NCBI GenBank assembly: GCA_963742735.1
Contig: CAVUMN010000004.1
Location: forward strand, 736,001 to 800,000
Direction: 5' to 3'
DNA length: 64,000 bases
DNA from: an uncultured Actinomycetes bacterium
Lineage (GTDB): Bacteria; Actinomycetota; UBA4738; JBBDTT01
Of the stretch, positions 9,767-18,388 are shown one piece after another (position 1 is the first letter of the stretch; each line of letters begins with the position of its first letter). A program made the position numbers and the translations under genes. Under the pieces are notes generated by a model. That model was not told the DNA's origin, did not search any database, and saw only the letters and a program-made list of their open reading frames with translations.

Positions 9767-10675
9767 ATGGCGCTCGGCTACGACAGGCCCCTGTACATCC
9801 TGGCTTTCGACCACCGCGGGTCGTTCAAGAAGGTGTTCGGGTTGTCCGGCGACGTGTCGCCGGAAGAGCGAGAGCGGCTCTCCGACGGCAAGATGCTGAT
9901 CTACGAGGGCGTGCAGCAGGCCCTCGCGGACGGCGCGCCCCGCGAGGCGACCGGCATCCTGGTGGACGAGGAGTTCGGCGCGGACATCCTTCGCCGGGCG
10001 AAGAAGGACGGCGTGCTCTTCGCGATGCCGGCGGAGAAGTCGGGACAGGACGAGTTCGACTTCGAGTACGGCGAGGACTTCGGTGCCCACATCGAGGAGT
10101 TCGACCCGACGTTCCTGAAGGTGCTCGTCCGCTACAACCCCGAGGGCGACGCGGAGATGAACGCGCGCCAGACCGAGCGCCTCAAGCGCCTGTCGGACTG
10201 GCTGCACGCGAACGACCGCAAGTTCCTGTTCGAGCTTCTGGTGCCGGCCGAGCCCCACCAGCTCGAGAAGGCGGGCGGGGACGAGGATCGATACGACGCG
10301 GAGATCCGCCCAGCGATGATGCTCACCGCGATCATGCAGCTGCAGCTGGCGGGCGTGGAGCCCGACATCTGGAAGATCGAGGGCATCGACGCTCGGGAGG
10401 ACTGCGAGCGGATCGCCATCCAGTGCCGCTCGCACGGGCGCGACGGCGTCGCGTGCGTCGTCCTGGGCCGGGGCGCCGACGACGACAAGGTCGCCCACTG
10501 GCTGGGAATGGGGGCGGGCATCCCGGGCTACATTGGCTTCGCGATCGGGCGCACGATCTGGAACCCGCCGCTGAAGGCGTTCCTGGCCGGCGACCTGGAC
10601 CGCCCGGCCGCCGTGAAGGCGATCGGCGACAACTACCGCAAGTTCATCGACGTGTGGGAGCAGGCGGCCTCCTAG
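9767..10675 (+). CDS. DUF2090 / IolC C-terminal-like class I aldolase-fold protein
   Basis: LYILAFDHRGSF, KVLVRYNP, LFELLVP, PDIWKIEG, VLGRGA and GFAIGRTIW. GAGGAGGAG SD. Confidence 0.82.
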   Translation: MALGYDRPLYILAFDHRGSFKKVFGLSGDVSPEERERLSDGKMLIYEGVQQALADGAPREATGILVDEEFGADILRRAKKDGVLFAMPAEKSGQDEFDFEYGEDFGAHIEEFDPTFLKVLVRYNPEGDAEMNARQTERLKRLSDWLHANDRKFLFELLVPAEPHQLEKAGGDEDRYDAEIRPAMMLTAIMQLQLAGVEPDIWKIEGIDAREDCERIAIQCRSHGRDGVACVVLGRGADDDKVAHWLGMGAGIPGYIGFAIGRTIWNPPLKAFLAGDLDRPAAVKAIGDNYRKFIDVWEQAAS

Positions 10676-10694
10676 ACGAGGCCTCGCCGGATCG

Positions 10695-12565
10695 TTGACG
10701 TCGCTCCTCGACCCCGAGGACCTGCGCAGGTTCGCCCAGGGGACGCATCGCCGGATCGGCGAGAAGCTCGGCGCCCACGTGATGGAGGCCGACGGGGCGC
10801 CCGGGACCGCCTTCGCGGTCTGGGCTCCGGGAGCGGCCTCGGTGAGCGTTGCCGGCTCGTTCAACCGCTGGGACCCCGAGGCCAACCCCCTGAGCCGGGT
10901 AGCCGACTCCGGGATCTGGGAGGGGTTCGTCGCTCGCGTGGCGTCCGGCGCTCAGTACAAGTTCCATGTCGTCTCCGCGGGCGGTCCCGCCGGCGTGTTC
11001 AAGGCCGACCCCTACGCCGCCCACACCGAGGCGGCCCTCCAGGGGGCGTCGATCGTGTGGGACGAGGCGTATCGATGGGACGACGCCGCCTGGATGGCTG
11101 CGCGAGGCGTACGCCAGGCCCCGACCGCGCCCATGTCGGTCTATGAGATGCACCTGGGTTCGTGGGCCCGGGTGGGGGGGAGGGGAATCGGTCGCTCTCG
11201 TACGCCGAGCTCGCGCCGCGGCTCGTGGACCACGTTCAGCGGGCCGGGTTCACCCACGTCGAGCTGTTGCCGCCGATGGAACACCCCTTCTACGGCTCGT
11301 GGGGCTACCAGATCACGGGATACTTCGCGCCCACCAGCCGCTACGGGACGCCTCAGGACTTCAAGGCCTTCATCGACATGCTGCACGGCCGGGGGATCGG
11401 CGTGATCCTGGATTGGGTCCCCTCCCACTTTCCGGACGACCCCCACGGACTGGCTCGCTTCGACGGCGGACCCCTGTACGAGTACGCGGACCCTCGGCTG
11501 GCGATCCAGCCCGAGTGGAACAGCCTGATGTTCGACTACGCCCGCGGGGAGGTGCGGAGCTTCCTCATCTCGAGCGCCCTGCACTGGCTGAGCGAGTACC
11601 ACGCCGACGGGCTTCGGGTCGACGCGGTCACCTCGATGCTGTACCGCGACTACTTCCGAGGGGCCGGGGAGTGGGTACCCAACGCGGAGGGCGGACGGGA
11701 GAACCTCGAGGCGATCGAGTTCCTCCGAGACCTGAACGACGCGGTCTCGGCGGTTCAGCCGGAGGTGGTGATGATCGCGGAGGAGTCCACCAACCGGCCT
11801 GGCGTCACCCGCCCCAGGCGGGAGGGCGGGCTCGGATTCGGCCTCAGGTGGGACATGGGCTGGAGTCACGACACGCTCGACCTCCTCCAGCGCGATCCGG
11901 CCGAGCGACCGGCCCACCTCGGGCGCCTGGCGGTCCGTCAGGGGTACCTCCCCGGCGAACGCTCCGTGCTGGCCCTGTCCCACGACGTGGGATCACTGCT
12001 CGGCAGGATGCCCGGCGACGACCCGGAGCGGCGGGCGACCCTGCGGCTCCTCCTCGGCCTCATGTACGCGCAGCCCGGCAAGAAGCTGCTGTTCATGGGC
12101 GGGGAATTCGGTCACCCAACGGCGTGGAACCACGATGACGCGCTGGCGTGGGAGTGCCTCGACGAGCCTCGCCACGCGGGGATCCTCCGATGGGTGGGCG
12201 AGTTGAACGGTCTGTACCGCGACGAGCCCGCGCTGCACGAACGCGACGGCGGCGAATGGTTGGAGTGGATTGGCACGTCCCGCGAGGGGGTGGTCGGCTT
12301 CCTTCGCCGCGCGGAGGGTGGCCGGGTGGTGCTCGTCGCCGCGAACGTCACCCGGGAGATGCGTTCCGGATTCACGGTGAGCGTCCCGCTCGAGGGGCGA
12401 TGGCGTGTGGCCGCCAACAGCGATCGGGAGGTCTACGGGGGCGCCGGCGCACACGTCGCCGACGAGCTCGTGACCGTCTCCGCACCCGCCGACGGCCGGG
12501 ACCCGTCGTTGATGTTGGAGCTGCCCCCGCTGGCGATCCTGTTCCTGCGCCCCGAAGCGCCCTAG
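10695..12565 (+). pseudogene. glgB: 1,4-alpha-glucan branching enzyme (GH13), split by one frameshift near 11174-11185
   Basis: Frame 1 carries FAVWAP and YEMHLGSW; frame 2 carries [24 protein letters not shown] and LSHD. The break is in the G-run GTGGGGGGGAGGGG, so it may be a sequencing error. Confidence 0.85.
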
Positions 12566-13389
12566 CCGCGGTAGACCGAGACCTTCGTCCCGAGGTGCAG
12601 CTTCGGCCACAGGCGGTCGATGCCGGACATCGTCACCCGGACGCAGCCGTGGCTCGCGGGATAGGGAGGGACCGACGCCGATCCGTGGATGGCGAACCCG
12701 CGCAAGTAGAAGCTCGAGCGATACATCGGCCCGACGCTGCTCTCGTACCAGCCGTCCTTCTGCAGGTAGACCTCGTAGTCGCCGGTCACCGTCATCGCCA
12801 CCTTCGTCACACCGCGGGAGACGAACGTGTAGCCGCCGCCGGTCGAGACGTCGACGATGCGCCCGATGTCGCCCTCCTGCAGCAGATACAGAACCTGGCG
12901 GGTCAGGTCCACCTCGATGGAGGTCCCCCTCCGCTTCGGATGGCGGGGCACCGGGATGATCGGGTCCGACAGCGCCCGCCGCGTGGCCCTGCCGACGACG
13001 CCGTCTCGGGGCAGGCCCTGGACCTTCTGGAACGCGACCACCGCGTGATGCGTGTCGTCGCCGAACCGCCCGTCGATTTCGCCGACGTCGTAGTCGAGGT
13101 TCGCGAGGATCCGCTGCAGGATCCGGACGCCGGGACCCTTGTTCCCCTGCTCGAAGTCGCGGTTGGGCAGGACGAGCGCGGGTGCCGGCTCGACCGACGG
13201 CGAGGGTTCGACCGGCGCGGGCGAGCTGGGACTCGCCGAGGAGGTGGGCGCGGCGACGGTGTCGGACGTGCGCTGCGTCCAGGCGAGGGCGCCGGCGCCC
13301 GCGAGGGATCCGGCGATCACGGTCGCCAACAGGATGGCGGGCCAAGCCCGCCGACGGCTCGGGGGTGCGTCGGTCATGGTCGCCCGCAT
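12562..13389 (-). CDS. L,D-transpeptidase (YkuD) with peptidoglycan-binding domain
   Basis: TM anchor; PG-binding LQRIL...IDGRFG...[14 protein letters not shown]; catalytic AIHGS...ASHGCVRV. Alternative start at 13377. Confidence 0.92.
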   Translation of the reverse strand: MRATMTDAPPSRRRAWPAILLATVIAGSLAGAGALAWTQRTSDTVAAPTSSASPSSPAPVEPSPSVEPAPALVLPNRDFEQGNKGPGVRILQRILANLDYDVGEIDGRFGDDTHHAVVAFQKVQGLPRDGVVGRATRRALSDPIIPVPRHPKRRGTSIEVDLTRQVLYLLQEGDIGRIVDVSTGGGYTFVSRGVTKVAMTVTGDYEVYLQKDGWYESSVGPMYRSSFYLRGFAIHGSASVPPYPASHGCVRVTMSGIDRLWPKLHLGTKVSVYRG

Positions 13390-13442
13390 TCTGCGCGGTC
13401 GAGGGGACCCGTGCCAGTAGCCATGCGTGTAACGTCCCCGCG

Positions 13443-14909
13443 ATGGCGCGTACGCAATCGGTGAACCTGCTCGACGGGGACTTCTGGGCGGCCGACCCCC
13501 TCAGCGCGCTCGACTGGATGCGCCGCCACGAGCCGGTCTACCGCGACGAGACCAGCGGGATCTGGGGGATCACCCGACACGCTGACGTCCGGACGATCGG
13601 CGCGGACCCGCGTTCGTTCTCCAGCGAGGACGGAGCCCGCCCGGACGCCCCGCACATGCCGATGATGATCGACTTCGACGACCCCGAGCACGCCCGCCGG
13701 CGGGGGCTCGTGGGACGGGGATTCACCCCTCGGCAGGTCGCGTCGCGCGAGCCGCGGATTCGCGAGATCGTCGACGACATCATCGATCGGGTGTGCGAGC
13801 GGGGAGCGGCCGACTTCGTGTGGGACCTCGCCGCGCCGCTGCCGCTCATCGTGATCGCGGAGCTTCTGGGCGTCGCGCCGGAGGACCACGCCGACCTGCT
13901 TCGGTGGTCCGACGAGATGCTCCGCGCGCTCGGCTCGCCGGACCCCGGCGCCATGGACGTGGCGACGCGCGCGTTCGGCGACTACTCGGGCTACATCTCC
14001 CGGGTCATCGACGATCGGCGACGGACCGGCGACCGCGAGGACCTGGTCGGCATCTTCGTCCACGCCGAATGGGAGGGTCAGACCCTCGACGACGACTCGC
14101 TCGTCTACGAGACCCTGAACCTGCTCATCGGCGGAGACGAGACGACGCGGCACGTGATCTCGGGGGGGATGTACGAGCTCGTGCGGAACCCGGACCAGCG
14201 CGAGCTTCTGGCCGCCGACCCCGCCCGGATCCCCACGGCGATCGAGGAGATGCTCCGGTGGGTGTCACCGATCAAGGGCATGGCTCGCACGGCCGTGCGG
14301 GAGGTGGAGGTCGGCGGACACGCCTTCCGTCCGGGCGACCGCGTGCTGCTGCTGTATCCGAGCGCCAACCGCGACCCGGACGCGTTCCCGGACCCCGACC
14401 GGTTCGACGTGGCCCGCACCCCCAACGACCACGTCGCGTTCGGGCACGGGCCGCACTTCTGCCTGGGGGCCAGCCTGGCACGGCTGGAGATGCGCGTGAT
14501 GTTCGAACGGCTGCTGGAGCGCCTGCCGGACCTCGCCTACGCGGGCGACGCCCCGCCGCCGATCCGCCGCGCCAACTTCGTGACGGGATTCGAGTCGATG
14601 CCCGTCACCTTCACGCCGTCGCGGCCCTCAACCCGGACCTGGGCGGCTCGCCACTCGAAGACCTGCGGCGGCGGTGCCGGCGGAGGCTGGTCGGCGGGCC
14701 AGTTCCGGAGGTCGAGCCCGTTCACGTCGCGGAGGAAGTCGAGCCACCAGTTGTCGTACTCGGACTCGGTGAAGGCGGCGCGGACCTTCTCCGGGTCCTC
14801 GAGCTCCCAGGTGTTCACCATGAAGCTCCCCATCGGGGTCTCCTGGAGGAACACGTTGAAGCTCGTCCACCCTCCGGCTTCCCGGTTGAGGCGCTCGAAC
14901 TCCTCCTGA
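13443..14909 (+). CDS. Cytochrome P450, CYP142-like (steroid side-chain oxidase family); true end probably 14642
   Basis: PMMIDFDDPEH, LIGGDETTRH, EEMLRW, FGHGPHFCLG and C-terminal ESMPVTFTPS recall mycobacterial CYP142. The ORF reads through the expected end (see findings). Confidence 0.9.
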   Translation: MARTQSVNLLDGDFWAADPLSALDWMRRHEPVYRDETSGIWGITRHADVRTIGADPRSFSSEDGARPDAPHMPMMIDFDDPEHARRRGLVGRGFTPRQVASREPRIREIVDDIIDRVCERGAADFVWDLAAPLPLIVIAELLGVAPEDHADLLRWSDEMLRALGSPDPGAMDVATRAFGDYSGYISRVIDDRRRTGDREDLVGIFVHAEWEGQTLDDDSLVYETLNLLIGGDETTRHVISGGMYELVRNPDQRELLAADPARIPTAIEEMLRWVSPIKGMARTAVREVEVGGHAFRPGDRVLLLYPSANRDPDAFPDPDRFDVARTPNDHVAFGHGPHFCLGASLARLEMRVMFERLLERLPDLAYAGDAPPPIRRANFVTGFESMPVTFTPSRPSTRTWAARHSKTCGGGAGGGWSAGQFRRSSPFTSRRKSSHQLSYSDSVKAARTFSGSSSSQVFTMKLPIGVSWRNTLKLVHPPASRLRRSNSS

Positions 14910-14998
14910 TGCTCCGCGACCTCCTTGGCGAAGTTGCGGACCCGGTCCTCCTGGCCCGGCACGATGGGCAGTGCGACCGCTCCGAAGTGCCCCATCAC
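14537..14998 (-). CDS. Hypothetical protein (possible dimeric alpha/beta barrel); true end probably 14639
   Basis: GAGGAGG SD before the start, codon usage typical of the genome and a protein-like composition. Confidence 0.7.
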   Translation of the reverse strand: MMGHFGAVALPIVPGQEDRVRNFAKEVAEHQEEFERLNREAGGWTSFNVFLQETPMGSFMVNTWELEDPEKVRAAFTESEYDNWWLDFLRDVNGLDLRNWPADQPPPAPPPQVFEWRAAQVRVEGRDGVKVTGIDSNPVTKLARRIGGGASPA

Positions 14999-15063
14999 GA
15001 CCTCCTCTTGTCGGTGGACGTGACGAAGCGTATCGGCGTGCCGGGCCGGAAGGAACGGGAGCT

Positions 15064-16248
15064 CTAGGCGGTTCGACGGGCGCGGGGGGCGACGCGCCGG
15101 CGGCGGCCGCCGGAGCTGAACACCACCCGCGGGGGGACCACGATCATGCCGTCGGCCTTGAACTCGTCCTCGAGCTGAAGGCGGCTGGCCATTCGGCCGG
15201 CGTCGCCCTCCTGCTCGGGCAGGACGAAGGTCACGGCGATGCCCGACCGGCCCGCGCGGGCCGTGCGGCCCACCCGGTGCACGTAGGCCTTGTCGTCCTC
15301 GGGCGGGTCGAAGTTGACGACGTGGCCGATGCGGTCCAGGTCCAGGCCGCGCGAGGCGACGTCGGTGGCGACCATCACGCGAACGGCCCCCGAGTCGAAG
15401 CGCTTGAGCGCGCGCTCACGGGCTCCCTGCTGCATGTTTCCGTTCAGGCAGGCGGTGGCCACGCCGCGGCGACCGAGCCGTTCCGCGAGACGCTCGGCGC
15501 CCCGTTTGGTCCGGACGAACACCAGCGTGGGCCCCTCGACCTCCTTGAGCATCTCCACGAGCGCGTCGACCTTGCGATCGGCGCGAACGGCGACGAACTT
15601 GTGCTCCACCTCGTCGACCGTCTGCTTGGGCGACTCGATCTCGTGCCAGCGGGCGGCGCGGGTGTAGGACTTGGCGATGTGACCGACCGCGCCGTCGAGC
15701 GTCGCCGAGAAGAACAGGGTCTGGCGGTCGCCGGTAAGCCGGCGGACGATGCGGTCGACCTGGGGCTGGAAGCCCATGTCGAGCAGGCGGTCGGCCTCGT
15801 CGAGGACCAGGATGTTCACGTCGTCCACGGAGACCATGCGCCGCTCGAGCAGGTCCTCCATGCGACCGGGGGTGGCCACGATCACGTCGGCCTTCGCCGC
15901 GCGGTTGGCCTGCTCGCGAAGCCCGACGCCGCCGTAGACGGTGGCCACGCGGAGGCCCTTGGCCTTCGCGATCGGGCCGAACTCGTCGGCGACCTGCGTC
16001 GCGAGCTCGCGGGTGGGGACCAGGACCAGAGCTGACGGCCGGCCGGAGCTCTTCACGAGCTCCACGATCGGGATCGCGAACGCCAGGGTCTTGCCCGAGC
16101 CCGTCCGGGACTTGGCGAGCACGTCGTGGCCCGCCAGGGCGTCCGGAAGGACCATGGACTGGATGGGGAAGGCGCTCTGCACGCCGCGGCCCTCGAGGGC
16201 CTGACAGACGGCGCGGGATACGCCGAGCTCAGAGAACTGAGTGTTCAT
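15064..16248 (-). CDS. DEAD-box RNA helicase
   Basis: Q motif FPIQ, RTGSGKT, PTRELA, TPGR, DEAD, SAT, ATDVASRGLD and HRVGRTARAG. Confidence 0.96.
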   Translation of the reverse strand: MNTQFSELGVSRAVCQALEGRGVQSAFPIQSMVLPDALAGHDVLAKSRTGSGKTLAFAIPIVELVKSSGRPSALVLVPTRELATQVADEFGPIAKAKGLRVATVYGGVGLREQANRAAKADVIVATPGRMEDLLERRMVSVDDVNILVLDEADRLLDMGFQPQVDRIVRRLTGDRQTLFFSATLDGAVGHIAKSYTRAARWHEIESPKQTVDEVEHKFVAVRADRKVDALVEMLKEVEGPTLVFVRTKRGAERLAERLGRRGVATACLNGNMQQGARERALKRFDSGAVRVMVATDVASRGLDLDRIGHVVNFDPPEDDKAYVHRVGRTARAGRSGIAVTFVLPEQEGDAGRMASRLQLEDEFKADGMIVVPPRVVFSSGGRRRRVAPRARRTA

Positions 16249-16394
16249 TCGGTTGCACTCCTTTGCAATGGGCGGGTCAGCGCCCACGACTCGTCGAGGA
16301 TTCGCCGACCTCGACGCCATCCGAAAGGAGGAACCGTAGGAAGAAGAAGCCTCACAGGTTCGCGAAGATCGCGATCCGTGCGAAGAGCGTACCA
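16249..16394 (-). promoter_or_regulatory. Promoter and structured 5' leader of the DEAD-box helicase
   Basis: Extended -10 TGGTACGCT near 16386-16394. Three adjacent hairpins occupy 16253-16316. Confidence 0.55.
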
Positions 16395-16575
16395 GGTACC
16401 CGGGCCGTTTCCTGGGAGGCGGCGTCCCGCGCGGCCGATCCCGGGGATTTGGAGCAGGTTTTTCCGATATCCACAGAGGAGTCGGGCGGCCGCGGTCGAA
16501 CTCAACCCCCAAGGCCCCGGAGGCTCGCCGCGGTGCCGGATGGACGTCGCGCCAGCTGTCTAGACGCCCCTCCGG

Positions 16576-17049
16576 CTATGCCCGCGGTGGCGAACCCCGG
16601 GGTCGAGTGCTGTCCGCCCTGCGCTCCAGGACGATCACCGGGATCCGGCGGGTGGTGACCCGCCGGTCGTACTCCGCGTACGCGGGGTCGGTCTCCACGG
16701 CCCGCGCCCACAGCCGCTCGCGCTCCCCGCCCTCGGCCTCGTGTCCGGTCACCGCGAAGCGCTCGCCCTTGCGGAAGAGCGTCGCCTTCGGATCGACCCG
16801 CAGGTTCCGGACCCAGTCGGGATCGGCCGGGTGTCCGGCGTTGGAGCCGACGCACACGAACGCGTCGCCGTCGGCGATGAACGGGATCGTCACGCTGCGC
16901 GGCTCCCCGGTCTTCCGGCCGGTCGTGGTCAGCATCACGATCGGCATGCCCTGGAACGTGGTGCCCACCCGGCCGCCGGTCACCCGGAACAGCCATCGGT
17001 GGAGCCGCCAGCTCGTCTCGAGCAGCTTCGTGCGTCGCACCGCCGCCAT
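16576..17049 (-). CDS. F420-dependent (deazaflavin) nitroreductase family oxidoreductase, Ddn-like
   Basis: MLTTTGRKTGEPR, GSNAGHPADPDWVRNL and AYAEY...RRIPVIVL. Confidence 0.92.
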   Translation of the reverse strand: MAAVRRTKLLETSWRLHRWLFRVTGGRVGTTFQGMPIVMLTTTGRKTGEPRSVTIPFIADGDAFVCVGSNAGHPADPDWVRNLRVDPKATLFRKGERFAVTGHEAEGGERERLWARAVETDPAYAEYDRRVTTRRIPVIVLERRADSTRPRGSPPRA

Positions 17050-17073
17050 CGCGGTGCAGCCTACCGCGGAGGT

Positions 17074-17487
17074 TCAGTCCCAGAGGACGACGATGATCGA
17101 GGCCAGGGTGATGCCGACGATCGCGTAGCCGGCGTTGATCGCCACCAGGTTGCGGGGCCGCTTCTCGTACATGGCGTTCAGCACGAGCTGCGCGGTCACG
17201 AACGCGATGCTCACGCCGAGACCCAGCTGGACCCCGTCGCTGAGGTCGGTCCCCCCGGTGGTCTCCTTGAGGAAGGCCAGCCCGACCGTGGTGATGAACA
17301 ACAGGACCAGCCCGCCCAGGTACGTAAGCATCGGACTGGGCGCGTTCTCGGCCGTGACGCCGGTCAGCGCCTGCCACGTCTTGCCGAAGAGCACCGGGGA
17401 GTACCACAGCGCACCCACCAGCCAGTACGCGACCGCCCCGGCGAGGATCGCCAGGTAGTTGAGGTCCTTGAAGTCCGAGAGCTCCAT
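17074..17487 (-). CDS. DUF1761 family membrane protein
   Basis: NYLAILAGAVA...GALWYSPVLFGKTW and C-terminal INAGY; four TM segments. Confidence 0.85.
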   Translation of the reverse strand: MELSDFKDLNYLAILAGAVAYWLVGALWYSPVLFGKTWQALTGVTAENAPSPMLTYLGGLVLLFITTVGLAFLKETTGGTDLSDGVQLGLGVSIAFVTAQLVLNAMYEKRPRNLVAINAGYAIVGITLASIIVVLWD

Positions 17488-17639
17488 CCCTTCCCCCTTC
17501 CTCGGCTTGTCGGGCGGAGCTTGTCACAGGCCGCCGCGGGTTCCCAGGACCGAGGCCCGCAGGAATAGGCTTCGGGCTGCAAGAACGCCCGCGAGCTGGT
17601 CGACGCCCGGGTCGAGGTGATCTCCACGAAGCTGCCGCG

Positions 17640-18341
17640 ATGAGGGCGACCCAGTACGGCCTGCACCTGGAGTCGGGCCCGATGCGCCGCAAGACCATGG
17701 TCCACGTCCTCGACCTCCTCGGGTGCGTCGTGATGATGCCGACCACGGACGAGGCCGTGGACGAGGCGCCGGCGGCGATCCGGCGGTACCTGGAGTTTCT
17801 GGCCGCCCACGGTGAGCCGGTCGATCCGAAGGCCGCGTTCGGCACGGCGATCCGCGAGCACGTCACCGAGGGAACCTTCCTGGGACAGGGCGGGGCGCAC
17901 TTCGCCTGGGACGAGCGGACGATGCGCGCCGGCGAGGTCCGGGCCGCCGCGGCGCGGTTCGGCGGGCTGCGAGCGGCGCTGCTCGAGGCGGCGGAGGAGA
18001 TCCCCTCGACGTGGCTCGCCGTGAAGCCGGCGACGGGTGACCGGGCCCTCGGCGGGATCCTGTTCCACGTCCTGGGAGCGTCGAGTGGCTACCTCAGCTC
18101 GGTGATCGGCGGCACGCCGGAGATCGGCCGCCTGCGAACCCAGGCGGAGAAGGGCGAGCTCCGCGCGATCGACGGGCTCCGGGCGCAGGCGCCGCTCCTC
18201 GCCGAGCGGCTCGAGCAGCTCGCCCCCGGCGGGAAGTCGCGGGCGGCGCTGAAGCGGCCGGAGCAGGTCACCCGGGGGATCCGCCGGCTCCTCGAGCACG
18301 AGTGGGAGCACCTGGAGGAGCTCCGGCGCCGGATGGCGTAA
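17640..18341 (+). CDS. HicB-like N-terminal domain plus DinB-like helical domain protein
   Basis: N-terminal VHVLDLLGCV...TTDEAV...YLEFLAAHGEP is HicB-like. ILFHV and RRLLEHEWEHL give a DinB-like His triad. Confidence 0.6.
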   Translation: MRATQYGLHLESGPMRRKTMVHVLDLLGCVVMMPTTDEAVDEAPAAIRRYLEFLAAHGEPVDPKAAFGTAIREHVTEGTFLGQGGAHFAWDERTMRAGEVRAAAARFGGLRAALLEAAEEIPSTWLAVKPATGDRALGGILFHVLGASSGYLSSVIGGTPEIGRLRTQAEKGELRAIDGLRAQAPLLAERLEQLAPGGKSRAALKRPEQVTRGIRRLLEHEWEHLEELRRRMA

Positions 18342-18388
18342 CGCCCGATTCGGGAGGAGCCCGCGCGGGCGGGGTCGAACCGAGAAGG

